NCBI RefSeq assembly: GCF_001677475.2
Contig: NZ_CP015229.1
Length of the DNA stretch: 64,000 nucleotides
Origin: Escherichia coli
GTDB taxonomy: Bacteria > Pseudomonadota > Gammaproteobacteria > Enterobacterales > Enterobacteriaceae
Direction: 5' to 3' (one strand)
The translations under genes were made by a program, and so were the position numbers. Under the pieces are notes generated by a model. It was not told the DNA's origin, made no database searches, and saw only the letters and a list, made by a program, of their open reading frames with translations. Shown here piece by piece: positions 62,162 to 64,000 of the stretch (positions are counted from its first letter, which is position 1; every line of letters starts with the position of its first letter).

Positions 62162-64000
62162 ATGTCATATACACCGATGAGTGATCTCGGACAGCAAGGG
62201 TTGTTCGACATCACTCGGACACTATTGCAGCAGCCCGATCTGGCCTCGCTGTGTGAGGCTCTTTCGCAACTGGTAAAGCGTTCTGCGCTCGCCGACAACG
62301 CGGCTATTGTGTTGTGGCAAGCGCAGACTCAACGTGCGTCTTATTACGCGTCGCGTGAAAAAGACACCCCCATTAAATATGAAGACGAAACTGTTCTGGC
62401 ACACGGTCCGGTACGCAGCATTTTGTCGCGCCCTGATACGCTGCATTGCAGTTACGAAGAATTTTGTGAAACCTGGCCGCAGCTGGCCGCAGGTGGGCTA
62501 TACCCAAAATTTGCTCACTATTGTCTGATGCCACTGGCGGCGGAAGGGCATATTTTTGGTGGCTGTGAATTTATTCGTTATGACGATCGCCCCTGGAGCG
62601 AAAAAGAGTTCAATCGTCTGCAAACATTTACGCAGATCGTTTCTGTCGTCACCGAACAAATCCAGAGTCGCGTCGTTAACAATGTTGACTATGAGTTGTT
62701 ATGCCGGGAACGCGATAACTTCCGCATCCTGGTCGCCATCACCAACGCGGTGCTTTCCCGCCTGGATATGGACGAACTGGTCAGCGAAGTCGCCAAAGAA
62801 ATCCATTACTATTTCGACATTGATGATATCAGCATCGTCTTACGCAGCCACCGTAAAAACAAACTCAACATCTACTCCACTCACTATCTTGATAAACAGC
62901 ATCCCGCCCACGAACAGAGCGAAGTCGATGAAGCCGGAACCCTCACCGAACGCGTCTTCAAAAGTAAAGAGATGCTGTTGATTAATCTCCACGAGCGGGA
63001 CGATTTAGCCCCCTATGAACGTATGTTGTTCGACACTTGGGGCAACCAGATTCAAACCTTGTGCCTGTTACCGCTGATGTCTGGCGACACCATGCTGGGC
63101 GTGCTAAAACTGGCGCAATGCGAAGAGAAAGTATTTACCACTACCAATCTGAATTTACTGCGCCAGATTGCCGAACGTGTGGCAATCGCTGTCGATAACG
63201 CCCTCGCCTATCAGGAAATTCATCGTCTGAAAGAACGGCTGGTTGATGAAAACCTCGCCCTGACCGAGCAGCTCAACAATGTTGATAGTGAATTTGGCGA
63301 GATTATTGGCCGCAGCGAAGCCATGTACAGCGTACTTAAACAAGTTGAAATGGTGGCGCAAAGTGACAGTACCGTTCTGATCCTCGGTGAAACTGGCACG
63401 GGTAAAGAGCTGATTGCCCGTGCTATCCATAATCTCAGTGGGCGTAATAATCGCCGCATGGTCAAAATGAACTGCGCGGCGATGCCTGCCGGATTGCTGG
63501 AGAGTGATCTGTTTGGTCATGAGCGTGGGGCTTTTACCGGTGCCAGCGCCCAGCGCATTGGTCGTTTTGAACTGGCGGATAAAAGCTCCCTGTTCCTCGA
63601 CGAAGTGGGCGATATGCCACTGGAGTTACAGCCGAAGTTGCTGCGTGTATTACAGGAACAGGAGTTTGAACGTCTTGGCAGCAACAAAATCATTCAGACG
63701 GACGTACGTCTAATCGCCGCAACTAACCGCGATCTGAAAAAAATGGTCGCCGACCGAGAGTTCCGTAGCGATCTCTATTACCGCCTGAACGTATTCCCGA
63801 TTCACCTGCCGCCACTACGCGAGCGTCCGGAAGATATTCCGCTGCTGGCGAAAGCCTTTACCTTCAAAATTGCCCGCCGACTGGGGCGCAATATCGACAG
63901 CATTCCTGCCGAGACACTGCGCATATTGAGCAACATGGAATGGCCGGGTAACGTACGCGAACTGGAAAATGTCATTGAGCGCGCGGTATTGCTAACACGC
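62162..64000 (+). CDS. fhlA: Formate hydrogenlyase transcriptional activator FhlA, N-terminal ~613 codons (3' end outside window; absent from the ORF track because no stop is reached)
   Basis: Manual translation from ATG 62162 (MSYTPMSDLGQQGLFDITRTLLQQ...) stays open to the window end; sigma54-activator motifs GETGTGKE and GAFTGA near 63400-63540. Confidence 0.88.
   Translation, partial: MSYTPMSDLGQQGLFDITRTLLQQPDLASLCEALSQLVKRSALADNAAIVLWQAQTQRASYYASREKDTPIKYEDETVLAHGPVRSILSRPDTLHCSYEEFCETWPQLAAGGLYPKFAHYCLMPLAAEGHIFGGCEFIRYDDRPWSEKEFNRLQTFTQIVSVVTEQIQSRVVNNVDYELLCRERDNFRILVAITNAVLSRLDMDELVSEVAKEIHYYFDIDDISIVLRSHRKNKLNIYSTHYLDKQHPAHEQSEVDEAGTLTERVFKSKEMLLINLHERDDLAPYERMLFDTWGNQIQTLCLLPLMSGDTMLGVLKLAQCEEKVFTTTNLNLLRQIAERVAIAVDNALAYQEIHRLKERLVDENLALTEQLNNVDSEFGEIIGRSEAMYSVLKQVEMVAQSDSTVLILGETGTGKELIARAIHNLSGRNNRRMVKMNCAAMPAGLLESDLFGHERGAFTGASAQRIGRFELADKSSLFLDEVGDMPLELQPKLLRVLQEQEFERLGSNKIIQTDVRLIAATNRDLKKMVADREFRSDLYYRLNVFPIHLPPLRERPEDIPLLAKAFTFKIARRLGRNIDSIPAETLRILSNMEWPGNVRELENVIERAVLLTR

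Overview
This window is an Escherichia coli-type chromosomal segment, collinear with the K-12 gabP to fhlA region as I remember it. Gene content in order: gabP (3' part), csiR, ygaU, yqaE, ygaVP, stpA, alaE, ygaC, ygaM, nrdHIEF, proVWX, ygaY, ygaZH, mprA-emrAB, luxS, MicA, gshA, yqaAB, four tRNA-Arg plus tRNA-Ser, csrA, alaS, recX, recA, pncC, mltB, srlAEBD-gutM-srlR-gutQ, norR, norVW, hypF, hydN, ascGFB, hycIHGFEDCBA, hypABCDE and the start of fhlA. Most calls rest on protein sequences I recognise plus conserved order; ORF-track starts were trimmed where the known N-terminus begins at an internal Met. Two stretches have no counterpart in the K-12 gene order, recalled from memory and not checked by alignment. 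(1) A 2.1-kb two-gene cassette between emrB and luxS (19557-21373) encodes a minimal lysine-nucleotidyltransferase ligase and an HD-phosphoesterase / T4-Pnk-like 5'-OH kinase fusion. I read this as a candidate nucleic-acid end-healing and sealing (RNA repair) system and it is the main finding. (2) A HigA-like XRE antitoxin gene lies between ascB and hycI, with only a 33-codon remnant where a toxin gene would sit. Smaller observations: the recX-recA spacer is 242 bp and carries a GC-rich repeat, the tRNA-Arg array contains a 21-nt truncated copy, and ygaY is intact. No CRISPR array, integrase, transposase or prophage gene was seen.
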